Assembly: GCA_036517335.1 (NCBI GenBank)
Contig: DATDWX010000027.1
Location: forward strand, 24,192-88,191
Origin: Minisyncoccota bacterium
GTDB lineage: Bacteria; Patescibacteriota; Minisyncoccia; Phycocordibacterales; UBA2100
Reading direction: 5' to 3'
DNA: 64,000 nucleotides
Shown one piece after another: positions 9,436 to 18,334 of this stretch; positions within the stretch are counted from its first letter, which is position 1, and each line of letters starts with the position of its first letter. The position numbers and the translations under genes were made by a program. The notes under the pieces are model-generated. The model ran no database searches. It was not told the origin of the DNA and saw nothing but the letters and a program-made list of their open reading frames with translations.

Positions 9436-10518
9436 ATGAAGCGCAGGGCGTTTATCACCGGTATCACGGGCCAAGATGGCTCGTATTTGGCTGAATACCT
9501 CATCGGAAAAGGCTATGAGGTGTATGGTTTGATGCGGCGCACGAGCCTGGATCCCATGATGCGGCTCGAGAGCGTAATGAAGAGCGGCAAACTCAAATTG
9601 CTCTACGGCAATCTACGCGACGCTGCCTCACTTGCCCGCGCGCTCCAAGAGAGCAAGCCCGATGAGATCTACAATCTCGGCGCGCAATCCGATGTGGGCA
9701 TCTCCTTCAAAATTCCTGAAGAGACGATGGACGTCAATTATCATGGCCTCGGGCGCCTCATCAATGAAGCGACGCGTATCAGCGGGGCGGTGAAGATATT
9801 CCACGCCTCTACCGGTGATTTCTTTCTGCGCGCACATCCGCCGCAAAACGAAGTGGCGGTACGTCACGCCTCGTCTCCCTACGGAGAATCCAAATTGCGC
9901 GCGTATGAAGATTTTGTAAAAGACTACCGCGATCGCCGCCACGTCTTCATTAGTTCGGGTTTCATGTTCAATCACGAATCACCGCGGCGCGGTGAGCATT
10001 TTGTGACCCGTAAAATATCGCGGGCGATGGCAAAAATAAAGCTCGGACTCTCGAAGGATTTTTCGCTCGGCAATTTGGATGCACACCGCGACTGGGGATA
10101 CGCTGGCGATTATGTGAAAGCAATGCATCTGATGTTGCAGGCTAAGACACCCAGCGATTACGTGATCGGCACGGGCGAGGTCAACAGTGTGCGTACATTT
10201 GTGGAGGCATCTGCTCGCGAGCTCGGCATGTCTCTTACGTGGAAGGGCAGTGGGATGAAAGAAGTGGGTCAGGTGAAGGGGAAGACGATCCTCACCATCA
10301 ATAAGGAATTTTATCGCCCACCGGAAGCTGATTACCTCCTCGCGGATATCTCAAAAGTGCGCCGCGAGCTCGGATGGAAACCAGAAGTTGATTTTCAAGG
10401 ACTCGTCAGCATGATGGTGCGAGCGGATGTGGAGTCGCTTCGGCATCTCGCCCGCCCCGCTAGGGGCAAGGCTTCTAAGGGCTCTTCCACTAATAACCTG
10501 AAAGGTATTAGGGGTTAG
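9436..10518 (+). CDS. gmd: GDP-mannose 4,6-dehydratase
   Basis: AFITGITGQDGSYLAE, PDEIYNLGAQS, FNHESPRRGEHFVTRKI, LGNLDAHRDWGYAGDYV. Start moved to ATG 9436. Confidence 0.92.
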   Translation: MKRRAFITGITGQDGSYLAEYLIGKGYEVYGLMRRTSLDPMMRLESVMKSGKLKLLYGNLRDAASLARALQESKPDEIYNLGAQSDVGISFKIPEETMDVNYHGLGRLINEATRISGAVKIFHASTGDFFLRAHPPQNEVAVRHASSPYGESKLRAYEDFVKDYRDRRHVFISSGFMFNHESPRRGEHFVTRKISRAMAKIKLGLSKDFSLGNLDAHRDWGYAGDYVKAMHLMLQAKTPSDYVIGTGEVNSVRTFVEASARELGMSLTWKGSGMKEVGQVKGKTILTINKEFYRPPEADYLLADISKVRRELGWKPEVDFQGLVSMMVRADVESLRHLARPARGKASKGSSTNNLKGIRG

Positions 10519-10589
10519 AGCCCTTTGTGCATCGTCCATATACTGTCAATTTATTTATGGACGAGGCCTAAGGGGGCAAGTGCCTAGCG
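10458..10589. repeat. Multi-stem palindromic element overlapping the gmd 3' end
   Basis: Nested IRs: CGCTAGG/CCTAGCG, AAGGGCTCT/AGAGCCCTT, CTAAT/ATTAG and TCGTCCATA/TATGGACGA. Confidence 0.65.
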
Positions 10590-10624
10590 CCCTTCCGCAG
10601 CCGCAGTCCTATACAATAGATGCC

Positions 10625-11272
10625 ATGCATGTAGCCATGAGCTCACTAGTGAAAGGAGCGCTATCGGGTAAGACGATCGGACGCACACTTTTCAACGCGA
10701 CCTTGGCGCATCGTGCGAGGGCCCTGCACGGGCGCGTACTCGACATCGCCGGAGGCGCCTCTTCGAGCTATTTGCCCCTGCTGCCGAAAGGAATCGAGCT
10801 TGTGCGTACCGACTTTGCCGCCTCTCCCGGCGTTATTGCCGTCGATATGAATAAGCCACTTCCTTTTGAGGATGGATCATTTGATGCGGTACTCCTCTTC
10901 AATGCGCTTTACGCGGCCGAAGAGCCGCTCGCGCTCGCTCGTGAGATCCATCGAGTGCTCAAGGAGGGTGGCACGTGGTACCTCGCTTCGCCTTTTATCG
11001 CCAACGAAATGCCGGAGCCGCACGATTATCTACGCTTCACGGGAGAAGGACTCGAGCGATTGTGCAGTCGCGCGGGATTTACGGCAGTATCTATAGAACG
11101 CCTCGGCGATCGAGCGAGCGCCGCCGTGCAGCTCATGCACCCCTTTTATCTGTTCAACGCGGTCCGCGCACTCGTGTATCCACTCGCGATTTTCTTCGAT
11201 GGTCTCATCCCAAGGCGAGCGCGGCGAGCGCACCCGGCGCCTCTATCGTATTTTGTCTGCGCGCAAAAGTAA
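10625..11272 (+). CDS. Class I SAM-dependent methyltransferase
   Basis: VLDIAGG, LPFEDGSFDAV, HRVLKEGG and PHDYLRFT motifs. ATG 10625 lies 7 nt after TACAAT. Confidence 0.82.
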   Translation: MHVAMSSLVKGALSGKTIGRTLFNATLAHRARALHGRVLDIAGGASSSYLPLLPKGIELVRTDFAASPGVIAVDMNKPLPFEDGSFDAVLLFNALYAAEEPLALAREIHRVLKEGGTWYLASPFIANEMPEPHDYLRFTGEGLERLCSRAGFTAVSIERLGDRASAAVQLMHPFYLFNAVRALVYPLAIFFDGLIPRRARRAHPAPLSYFVCAQK

Positions 11273-11291
11273 TACCGTATACATACTGTGT

Positions 11292-12428
11292 ATGAATACG
11301 CCGAAGCAAAAAATCAAACTCGTCATTGGCACCAATGACTTCACGCTCGGTGGGGTGCAGCGGCTTATCCTCGACATCCTGGATCATCTTGATAGAGAGC
11401 GGTTTGATATCTACCTCATCACACTCATTCAATTTCAGAGCTCCAAGGCGACATTCTACGATCGTGTGCCACCTCATGTGAAAGTAATCAAACATCATTT
11501 CAGGAGATTTCGGGATATACGTGAGTGGATTCGACTCTGGCGCACGCTGCGTGAGATCCGCCCCGATGTCGTTGACGCGAGCCTCTTTTTCAGCAACACG
11601 ATCTTCACCCTCCTGAAGCCTTTTTTTGGGTACGCGGTAATCGCGGGCGAGCACAATTCGGGAGATGCCAAGCCGTTTCTCATGCGTCTCACTGATCGCT
11701 TGCTTGCGCCGCTGCGGTATTCCACCGTGGCCGACTCACAGATGGTCGCGAGTTTTGTGTCTGAAACGGAACACATCCCGCTCAAGCGCTTCACTGTGAT
11801 CTATAATGGCGTGGATCTGAAGACGATTGAAAAGGAGCGGGAAGAGTATATGCGAAAGCGTTCCACCTTGCGTGAGGGGCTCGGCATTCGGTCGCATGAA
11901 TTTGTCTTTTTGAACGTCTCTCGCATGGTCAAGCAAAAAAGGCAAGAGCTCGCGGTCGACGGATTCAATCGCTTCAATGAGCGGCATCCCGGCTACCGCC
12001 TCGTCTTGGTGGGAGACGGGCCTCGAAAGGCGGCCGTGGAAGAAAAAGTGCGCGCGTATGGGCTAGAAGACCAGATCGTACTCTTGGGGGAGAGTAGCGA
12101 TGTGCACCGCTTTTACGGGATCGCCGATGCATTTCTGCTCACCTCGCAGCGCGAAGGATTTTGCATCGCTGCGATGGAGGGACTCGCATTTGGCCTCCCA
12201 CTCATCGCGACCAAAGTGGGTGGCGTAGTGGAATACCTGAAAAACGGCAAAAATGGATATATGATCATGGCACCGACGCCGGGAGCGGTAGCAGAGGCAA
12301 TGGAAAAATTGATTTCCTCCGATATTCACCAGCTGCGGCGCGGCGCCATTGAATCGGCACAGCCGTACACGAGCGAGCGGGCAGCTGCCGCTTACGAAAA
12401 ACTCTTTCTCGCCAGTATCGGGCAGTGA
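11292..12428 (+). CDS. Glycosyltransferase family 4
   Basis: GGVQR, VIYNGVD, LVGDGP, SQREGFCIAAMEGLAFGLP (EX7E). Confidence 0.9.
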   Translation: MNTPKQKIKLVIGTNDFTLGGVQRLILDILDHLDRERFDIYLITLIQFQSSKATFYDRVPPHVKVIKHHFRRFRDIREWIRLWRTLREIRPDVVDASLFFSNTIFTLLKPFFGYAVIAGEHNSGDAKPFLMRLTDRLLAPLRYSTVADSQMVASFVSETEHIPLKRFTVIYNGVDLKTIEKEREEYMRKRSTLREGLGIRSHEFVFLNVSRMVKQKRQELAVDGFNRFNERHPGYRLVLVGDGPRKAAVEEKVRAYGLEDQIVLLGESSDVHRFYGIADAFLLTSQREGFCIAAMEGLAFGLPLIATKVGGVVEYLKNGKNGYMIMAPTPGAVAEAMEKLISSDIHQLRRGAIESAQPYTSERAAAAYEKLFLASIGQ

Positions 12429-12443
12429 TAGACTAACTCTGCC

Positions 12444-13232
12444 ATGGATGAAAAAGATGCAATCATGCGCGCTCGCGCACGGGCCGAAGAATATCTTGCC
12501 ACGTGCACCGAGTACACCGATCCATACGAGCGGGAGAAATTGATCGGCGATTGGGGGAAAAAAGGCAAGGCAGCGCGGGAAGCGATGGATGATTTCAAAC
12601 TCCGCGCGGGCACTGTAGCTGGCGCGCGTATGCTGGATATCGGATTTGGCGGAGGTGAGTACTCACTTGCTTTTGCCAAGGCGGGCGCGGATGTGTACGG
12701 GCTTGAAGTCAATCCGGTCTTGCACCGAATAGCGGAAGCGCACCTGAAAGAGGAGGGCGCGAAAGCGCATCTGCGCGTCTATGATGGCACCCAGTTTCCA
12801 TTCGAGAATGATTTTTTTGACCACGCTTTTTCCGTGAGCGTACTTGAACACGTATCGGATGCGAGGCTCTTACTTCGCGAAGTGAGCCGCGTACTGAAAC
12901 CAGCCGGAAAGTTTTATCTCGCCTTTCCAAATCGCTGGAGGGTGCGTGAGGCCCACACAGGGATTTTCTTTTTGAGCTACCTGCCACGGGCAGTAGCCGA
13001 GCGGCTCACAAAGCGCTTGTGGAAGCGCAATGCGATCGAAGAATTGAATCTGCACTTCTTGAGCTATTGGTCGCTGAAGCGCCTTTTGCGCGGTACGTCG
13101 CTCCACGTGGTGTTTGAATACGGCGGACGGTCCCTACCACGCAGAGTCCTTAAGAGAGTGCTGGGGTTTTTTGGCATGCATCACAGCGCGATACTGGGTA
13201 CGGTCATGGTGATCCTCGAAAAGAAGTTATGA
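12444..13232 (+). CDS. Class I SAM-dependent methyltransferase
   Basis: MLDIGFGGG, FPFENDFFD, VLEHV and RVLKPAG motifs. Confidence 0.87.
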   Translation: MDEKDAIMRARARAEEYLATCTEYTDPYEREKLIGDWGKKGKAAREAMDDFKLRAGTVAGARMLDIGFGGGEYSLAFAKAGADVYGLEVNPVLHRIAEAHLKEEGAKAHLRVYDGTQFPFENDFFDHAFSVSVLEHVSDARLLLREVSRVLKPAGKFYLAFPNRWRVREAHTGIFFLSYLPRAVAERLTKRLWKRNAIEELNLHFLSYWSLKRLLRGTSLHVVFEYGGRSLPRRVLKRVLGFFGMHHSAILGTVMVILEKKL

Positions 13233-14383
13233 ATCATGGAGGAAAGATCAAAGTGGGGTTGATGTCGTATGCGATGGATGGGCGAGTGGCCAAAGGAGCG
13301 GTCATCTCGACGCACCGTATGATCGAGCGGGTAGTGCGTGATCCGGGGCTAGACGTAACGCTCATTCACTTCGACAAATCGGACGATCCGCTCTACAAAG
13401 AGACACGCGAAATCGTAATGCCCGCGCTCCCCTCTATATTAAATCGTCGGTTTTTTCGCATGCTCTACTTTTTTTGGAAGTATCGCAAAGAGAATTTCGA
13501 CATCATCCAATGGTTTCAGCCGCGGCTCTACCCATTTTTCTGGCTCGCTCCCGCGCGGCACATCATTCTCACCGCGCACGGCGCGGGTGACATCACCGCG
13601 CCGGGAGCTTTCCCACCCTCTCGCCGGATGTTTAATTTCGTGCTCAAGTACTTTAATCACCGCATTACTGCGATCATTGCTGTATCCGAGTTTGGAAGGC
13701 AGGAGATCGTGCAGTATTACGGAGCTTCCCCCGAGCGTGTGATAGGCATGCTGCACTACAACGGCGGTGCCGAAGAGTATACGGCGATGGATCGCACGCT
13801 TGCACAAAAAATTGTTGCAGAGAAATATAAGATCACGGCGCCGTACATTCTCGACGTGTCGCGCCTCGATCCGCAGAAAAACGTGGACACGCTCATTCGC
13901 GCCTACGAGCAACTCCGCGAAGGGCATCCGGAGCGAAGAGAGGGGCTAGTCATCGTCGGCTCGCCTTCGTATCGTGCGGAAGAAACATATGCGCTTGCAG
14001 CTGCCTCACGCCACAAAGACGATATCCAATTTGTACGGTACGTGGCACAAGAGGACATGAACGCACTGTATTCAGGTGCAAGGCTTTTCGCCTTTCCTTC
14101 GCTCAACGAATCATTCGGTATGCCCGTCATCGAAGCCATGGCGAGTGGCACCCCGACCATCACGTCCAACGTAACCTCGCTGCCGGAAGTAGCGGGAGGT
14201 GCCGCGATCCTCATAGATCCCACAGACGTTCATGCACTCGCCGAGGCCATACAGCGCGTGCTTTCGGATAAGGCCCTGCAGCAAACCCTCATCGAAAAAG
14301 GCCTCGAGCGAGCGAGGCCGTTCACGTGGGATCGCGGCGCAGATGAGGTCAAAAAGCTGTATCGCAGCGTTGTGAGAGTGTAG
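13229..14383 (+). CDS. Glycosyltransferase family 4 (mannosyltransferase-like)
   Basis: SRLDPQKN, FPSLNESFGMPVIEAMASGTP, SLPEVAG, FTW. Confidence 0.9.
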   Translation: MNHGGKIKVGLMSYAMDGRVAKGAVISTHRMIERVVRDPGLDVTLIHFDKSDDPLYKETREIVMPALPSILNRRFFRMLYFFWKYRKENFDIIQWFQPRLYPFFWLAPARHIILTAHGAGDITAPGAFPPSRRMFNFVLKYFNHRITAIIAVSEFGRQEIVQYYGASPERVIGMLHYNGGAEEYTAMDRTLAQKIVAEKYKITAPYILDVSRLDPQKNVDTLIRAYEQLREGHPERREGLVIVGSPSYRAEETYALAAASRHKDDIQFVRYVAQEDMNALYSGARLFAFPSLNESFGMPVIEAMASGTPTITSNVTSLPEVAGGAAILIDPTDVHALAEAIQRVLSDKALQQTLIEKGLERARPFTWDRGADEVKKLYRSVVRV

Positions 14384-14416
14384 ACGACCGTAGAGGTACC
14401 GAATATACTGCCATGT

Positions 14417-14791
14417 ATGGAAATGCCGCTCTCCGACATGCTGGATCGCTATAGTATTTTGCTTTTAAAAAAGGAGCGACTGCCGGAGAATCCCGAGGTG
14501 CAGGCGGAGTGCGCTCGATTTGAAGCCGACCTTCAGGGCAGGAGTGATCAGGAGTATATCACAAAGCATGTCGCGTTACTCAAAGAAGTAAACGCCAAGA
14601 TATGGGACTTGGAGTCCGACATTCGGAAGGGAAAAGAGGGCGCGCTCGGGCTCGAAGAGGTGGGGCGGCGCGCGCTCGCGATCCGCGATCTGAATGCCGA
14701 GCGTGTAGCACTCAAGAATGTAGTTGCAAAAGAGCGGGGAGAATTTGAAGAAATCAAAGTAGACCACGCGAGCGCTGCAGCACAGCCATGA
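14417..14791 (+). CDS. Small helical protein resembling DUF6165/DUF4254 proteins of heptose/glycan clusters
   Basis: LDRYSILLLK, LKEVNAKIWDLESDIR and LNAERVALK pattern. Stop overlaps the next start codon. Confidence 0.55.
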   Translation: MEMPLSDMLDRYSILLLKKERLPENPEVQAECARFEADLQGRSDQEYITKHVALLKEVNAKIWDLESDIRKGKEGALGLEEVGRRALAIRDLNAERVALKNVVAKERGEFEEIKVDHASAAAQP

Positions 14792-15684
14792 AGGTCTTGG
14801 TGACGGGAGGCACGGGATTTATCGGCTCCAACATCGTGGAGGCGCTTCTCGGACGAGGCGACGAGGTTGTCATCACCGGTCACGACGCCGAGCAGTCGCT
14901 GCCGAATTTCAAAGGGACGCTCTTGTTGCCGAGTTTGATCGGTATTGATTGGAGCGCACTCCCGCCGGTAGATATTCTTTTCCACGAGGCAGCCTACAAC
15001 GACACACGCTCACAAGACCTGCGCGAAATGCTTCATGCCAACGTCGCTGCATCACTCGAACTTTTTAAGCGGGTTGTAGAAAAAGGCTGCAAGCACATCG
15101 TCTATGCCTCCTCGACGGCTGTGTATGGTAACGGCCCTGCGCCCTACAAGGAGGATCAGCCGCTACACCCCCTCAATCCTTACGCGCAGTCGAAGCAGCG
15201 TCTCGAAGAGGAGATTGCTCGGTTTGCCCGGGCGCACCCCGACGTCGTGATTGTGGGACTGCGTTACTGCAATGTCTACGGACCCGGCGAATCCCACAAA
15301 GGTACGCGCGCGAGCATGATCTACCAACTCGCCCAGCAAATGCGTAAGGGAAATCCGAGGCTCTTTAAGAGCGGCGAACAGCGGAGGGACTACATTTACG
15401 TGAAAGACGTGGTGGAGGTCAATTTGCGTGCTGCAGAGGCGCGCTCGAGCGGCGTCCTCAATTGCGGCTCCGGCCGCGCCACCGCATTCAACGACGTAGT
15501 GAAGTTATTGAACAACGCGCTCGGCACTTCTCGCACGCCGGAGTACATTGACAACCCATTCACCAACGCATACCAAGATTACACCGAATGTGATATGTCC
15601 CGAGCCGAAGAAGTTCTCGGGTTCGTCCCTCAATACAGCATTGAAGCAGGTATTGAAGAATACAAAAAAACGGGATCTCTATAA
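14788..15684 (+). CDS. hldD: ADP-glycero-manno-heptose 6-epimerase-like NAD-dependent epimerase
   Basis: TGGTGFIGSNI, YASSTAVYG, PLNPYAQSK, GLRYCNVYGPGESHKG, RDYIYVKDVV and YQDYTECDM match HldD/RfaD. Adjacent to heptose genes. Confidence 0.75.
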   Translation: MKVLVTGGTGFIGSNIVEALLGRGDEVVITGHDAEQSLPNFKGTLLLPSLIGIDWSALPPVDILFHEAAYNDTRSQDLREMLHANVAASLELFKRVVEKGCKHIVYASSTAVYGNGPAPYKEDQPLHPLNPYAQSKQRLEEEIARFARAHPDVVIVGLRYCNVYGPGESHKGTRASMIYQLAQQMRKGNPRLFKSGEQRRDYIYVKDVVEVNLRAAEARSSGVLNCGSGRATAFNDVVKLLNNALGTSRTPEYIDNPFTNAYQDYTECDMSRAEEVLGFVPQYSIEAGIEEYKKTGSL

Positions 15685-16155
15685 CCTGCCGAGCCGTATT
15701 TTTGCGATGATGCCTGTCGTTGATTTGTTCTTGAGGTAAGGAGCGCGCACCACTTTCCCCCCAGCAGACTCGACCGCCTCTTTCTCCACGATTTGGTCCA
15801 TTGTCCTGTCGGCACCTTTTACATGGATGTGTGGCTTGAGAAGTTTGATCCATGCAATGGGCGTGAGCTCGTCATACATGAATACCGCATCAACTGATCT
15901 AAGCGCGGCGACGATCTCTGCGCGCTCCCGCGCCGGTGTAAGCGGACGCCCCGGGCCTTTATTGCGGCGTACCGAACCATCTGAATTAATGCCGACGATC
16001 AACAGGTCGCCTTGCCCTCTTGCGAACGCGAGGTTGCTCACGTGCCCGGTGTGCAGGATGTCGAAACTGCCGTTGGTGGTCACCACGCGCCGCCCCGCAG
16101 TCTTCGCCTTTTGTACGAGCCTCTGAACGTTCGCAAATGAGAGGACACCTTCCAA
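15679..16155 (-). CDS. hldC: D-glycero-beta-D-manno-heptose 1-phosphate adenylyltransferase (HldC, RfaE domain II)
   Basis: TNGSFDILHTGH, GDLLIVGINSDGSV, KGPGRP, KGAD, KSTTGII. The start is uncertain; TTG at 16155 was chosen to avoid overlap with gmhA. Confidence 0.85.
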   Translation of the reverse strand: MEGVLSFANVQRLVQKAKTAGRRVVTTNGSFDILHTGHVSNLAFARGQGDLLIVGINSDGSVRRNKGPGRPLTPARERAEIVAALRSVDAVFMYDELTPIAWIKLLKPHIHVKGADRTMDQIVEKEAVESAGGKVVRAPYLKNKSTTGIIAKIRLGRL

Positions 16156-16200
16156 TCTAAGGCTTTTTGGGGTACTCTGCCGTTGAACACTTCGACCCGT

Positions 16201-16767
16201 ATGATGCTTAGAAATCCTATTCTTTTTGGGGCGTTTCAGCGTCATAGCGATACGATTGGTAAGAGTATGCAACATATCCTGCCCTCTGTCGAGGAAGGGG
16301 CGCGCCTCATAACGACAGCGATCAAGTCGCGCCGCACGGTTTTTATGTGCGGCAATGGCGGATCCGCCGCAGACAGCCAGCATTTTGCCACGGAATTAGT
16401 GGCCCGCTACAAGAAAAACAGAACGGCGCTGCGCGCAATCGCACTCACCACCGACTCCTCGGCGCTTACAGCGATCGGCAACGATTATGGATTTGAGAAT
16501 ATTTTTAAGCGACAGATCGAAGCGCTCGGGCGCCCTGGGGACGTGCTCGTCGCGTTTTCAACGAGTGGATCCTCACCCAATGTCCTGCACGCGATCCAGC
16601 AGGCAAAAAAACAAAAAATGAAGATCGTCGCGCTCACGGGAGAAAAAGGAGTGAGTCTAAAGAAGATCTCCGACGTGTGTGTCATTGTACCGACAGCAGA
16701 AACAGCGCGCATTCAGGAAGTGCACCAACTCATCTATCATGCGTGGTGCGAGTATATTGACTCATGA
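16201..16767 (+). CDS. gmhA: D-sedoheptulose 7-phosphate isomerase
   Basis: CGNGGSAADSQH, TAIGNDYG, STSGSSPNV, TARIQEVH. Confidence 0.93.
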   Translation: MMLRNPILFGAFQRHSDTIGKSMQHILPSVEEGARLITTAIKSRRTVFMCGNGGSAADSQHFATELVARYKKNRTALRAIALTTDSSALTAIGNDYGFENIFKRQIEALGRPGDVLVAFSTSGSSPNVLHAIQQAKKQKMKIVALTGEKGVSLKKISDVCVIVPTAETARIQEVHQLIYHAWCEYIDS

Positions 16768-17750
16768 ATCCCGCTGAAATTAAAAAAGCGATAGCACGCT
16801 TTCCAAAAAGGCGCATTCTTGTTGTCGGGGACGCCATGATCGACATGTACGTCGAGGGAGATGCTGATCACATATCGGCGGAAGCCCCCGTGCCGGTCCT
16901 TCGCCAACACTCTGTCAACTATATATTGGGCGGATCTGGCAATGTGGCTAATAACGTGGCGGCGCTTGGGGGCGTGGCGACCCTCGTCGCTGTCGCGGGG
17001 CGCGATGATAATGCCGAAATCTTACGGGCCCTGTGCCGGCAAGCGCGCATCCGCCTGAAGTGTTTCGTAGATGCCACGCGGCCGACGACCACGAAGTTGC
17101 GCATCGTGTCGCGCTTACACCAACACCAGCTTGCGCGCGTGGACTCTGAATTGGCGACACCAATTGCAAAAGCGCTTGAGAAGCGGCTTATTGCCGCGAT
17201 ACGAGCTCTCCCGCCGCAGGACATGGTCATTGTGTCCGATTACGCAAAGGGGTGCATCACGAAAAATGTCGTGAGCGCTTTGAAAAAGAAATTCGGCGGA
17301 GAGAAGATCGTGGCCGACATGAAGCCCCCGCATGCCGCCTTCTACAAGGGTATCTACGCGATCACGCCCAATATGAAAGAAGCGCTTGAGCTAACCGGAC
17401 TACACACCACGACCGATGCACTCGCCACGCGCGCGGCGAAGGTGATGGGAAAGCGGCTTTCGACGGCGGTCATTCTGACACGCGCGGAGCATGGCGTGAC
17501 CTTGCGAGAGAGACGGGGCGCGATCTCCCATTTTCGATCTAATATTCTCTCCGTAAAAGACGTGACAGGGGCGGGCGATACATTGATCGCCGCGCTCGCG
17601 CTCGCCTGCGCAGTTGGCACCCCTTTGCCCCATGCTGTCGAGCTCGCGAACTTTTCTGCCGGTATTGTTGTGAGCCAGCGCGGGACGTTTGCACTCTCGC
17701 GCAAAGATCTTGAACAACATATTGATTCACTTGCTGCGCGCACCCTGTAA
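16764..17750 (+). CDS. hldA: D-glycero-D-manno-heptose 7-phosphate kinase (HldA, RfaE domain I)
   Basis: LVVGDAMID, ISAEAPVPV, GGSGNVA, SDYAKG, TPN, DVTGAGDT. Confidence 0.88.
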   Translation: MNPAEIKKAIARFPKRRILVVGDAMIDMYVEGDADHISAEAPVPVLRQHSVNYILGGSGNVANNVAALGGVATLVAVAGRDDNAEILRALCRQARIRLKCFVDATRPTTTKLRIVSRLHQHQLARVDSELATPIAKALEKRLIAAIRALPPQDMVIVSDYAKGCITKNVVSALKKKFGGEKIVADMKPPHAAFYKGIYAITPNMKEALELTGLHTTTDALATRAAKVMGKRLSTAVILTRAEHGVTLRERRGAISHFRSNILSVKDVTGAGDTLIAALALACAVGTPLPHAVELANFSAGIVVSQRGTFALSRKDLEQHIDSLAARTL

Positions 17751-17758
17751 GGGCAGAT

Positions 17759-18316
17759 ATGCCTGAAGCTGTCTTCATTGATCGCGACGGGACCATTGTG
17801 GAAGAGGTAGGGTACGGATCCTCGTTTGACGAGACAAGCCTTATTCCAGGCGCTGCGGGAGCGATTGCGCGCCTCAATGAGCGCGCGATCCCGGTCATCG
17901 TTATTTCTAATCAGGCGGGTGTGGCACGTGGGTATTTCCCGGAATCAAATATTCCGCGCATGCATGAGGGAATCGCTCGCGCGCTCCGAAAAAGCAGCGC
18001 GCACGTTGATGCATGGTACTGGTGCCCGCATCTTCCGGAGGGACAGGTGGATGAATACGCGATCGACTGCGACTGCCGCAAACCAAAGCCGGGCATGTTG
18101 AAAAAAGCTGCGCATGACCTCCATCTCGATCTTTCGAACTGCGCTATGATCGGTGACAAGGCAAGCGACATTGAGGCGGGGGAGCGCGCCCTATGCCGCA
18201 CTGTTCTGGTTCTTACCGGCCATGGTGCGGAAGAGTGGTCATCGTGGAAGCTTCCCATGAAGCCCTCGCACGTCGCTCCCGATCTCGCAGGCGCCGTCGA
18301 TTGGTTGATAAACTAA
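17759..18316 (+). CDS. gmhB: Heptose 1,7-bisphosphate phosphatase
   Basis: FIDRDGT, SNQAGVARG, CPH, CDCRKPKPGM, MIGDKASD. Confidence 0.92.
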   Translation: MPEAVFIDRDGTIVEEVGYGSSFDETSLIPGAAGAIARLNERAIPVIVISNQAGVARGYFPESNIPRMHEGIARALRKSSAHVDAWYWCPHLPEGQVDEYAIDCDCRKPKPGMLKKAAHDLHLDLSNCAMIGDKASDIEAGERALCRTVLVLTGHGAEEWSSWKLPMKPSHVAPDLAGAVDWLIN

Positions 18317-18334
18317 TGCGATGAGCGCTCGCGT

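Noticed and set aside
9796-9900. Gmd motif variant STGD instead of the usual STSE
   Set aside because: YxxxK and all other motifs are intact. A Glu-to-Asp change alone does not support a new function.
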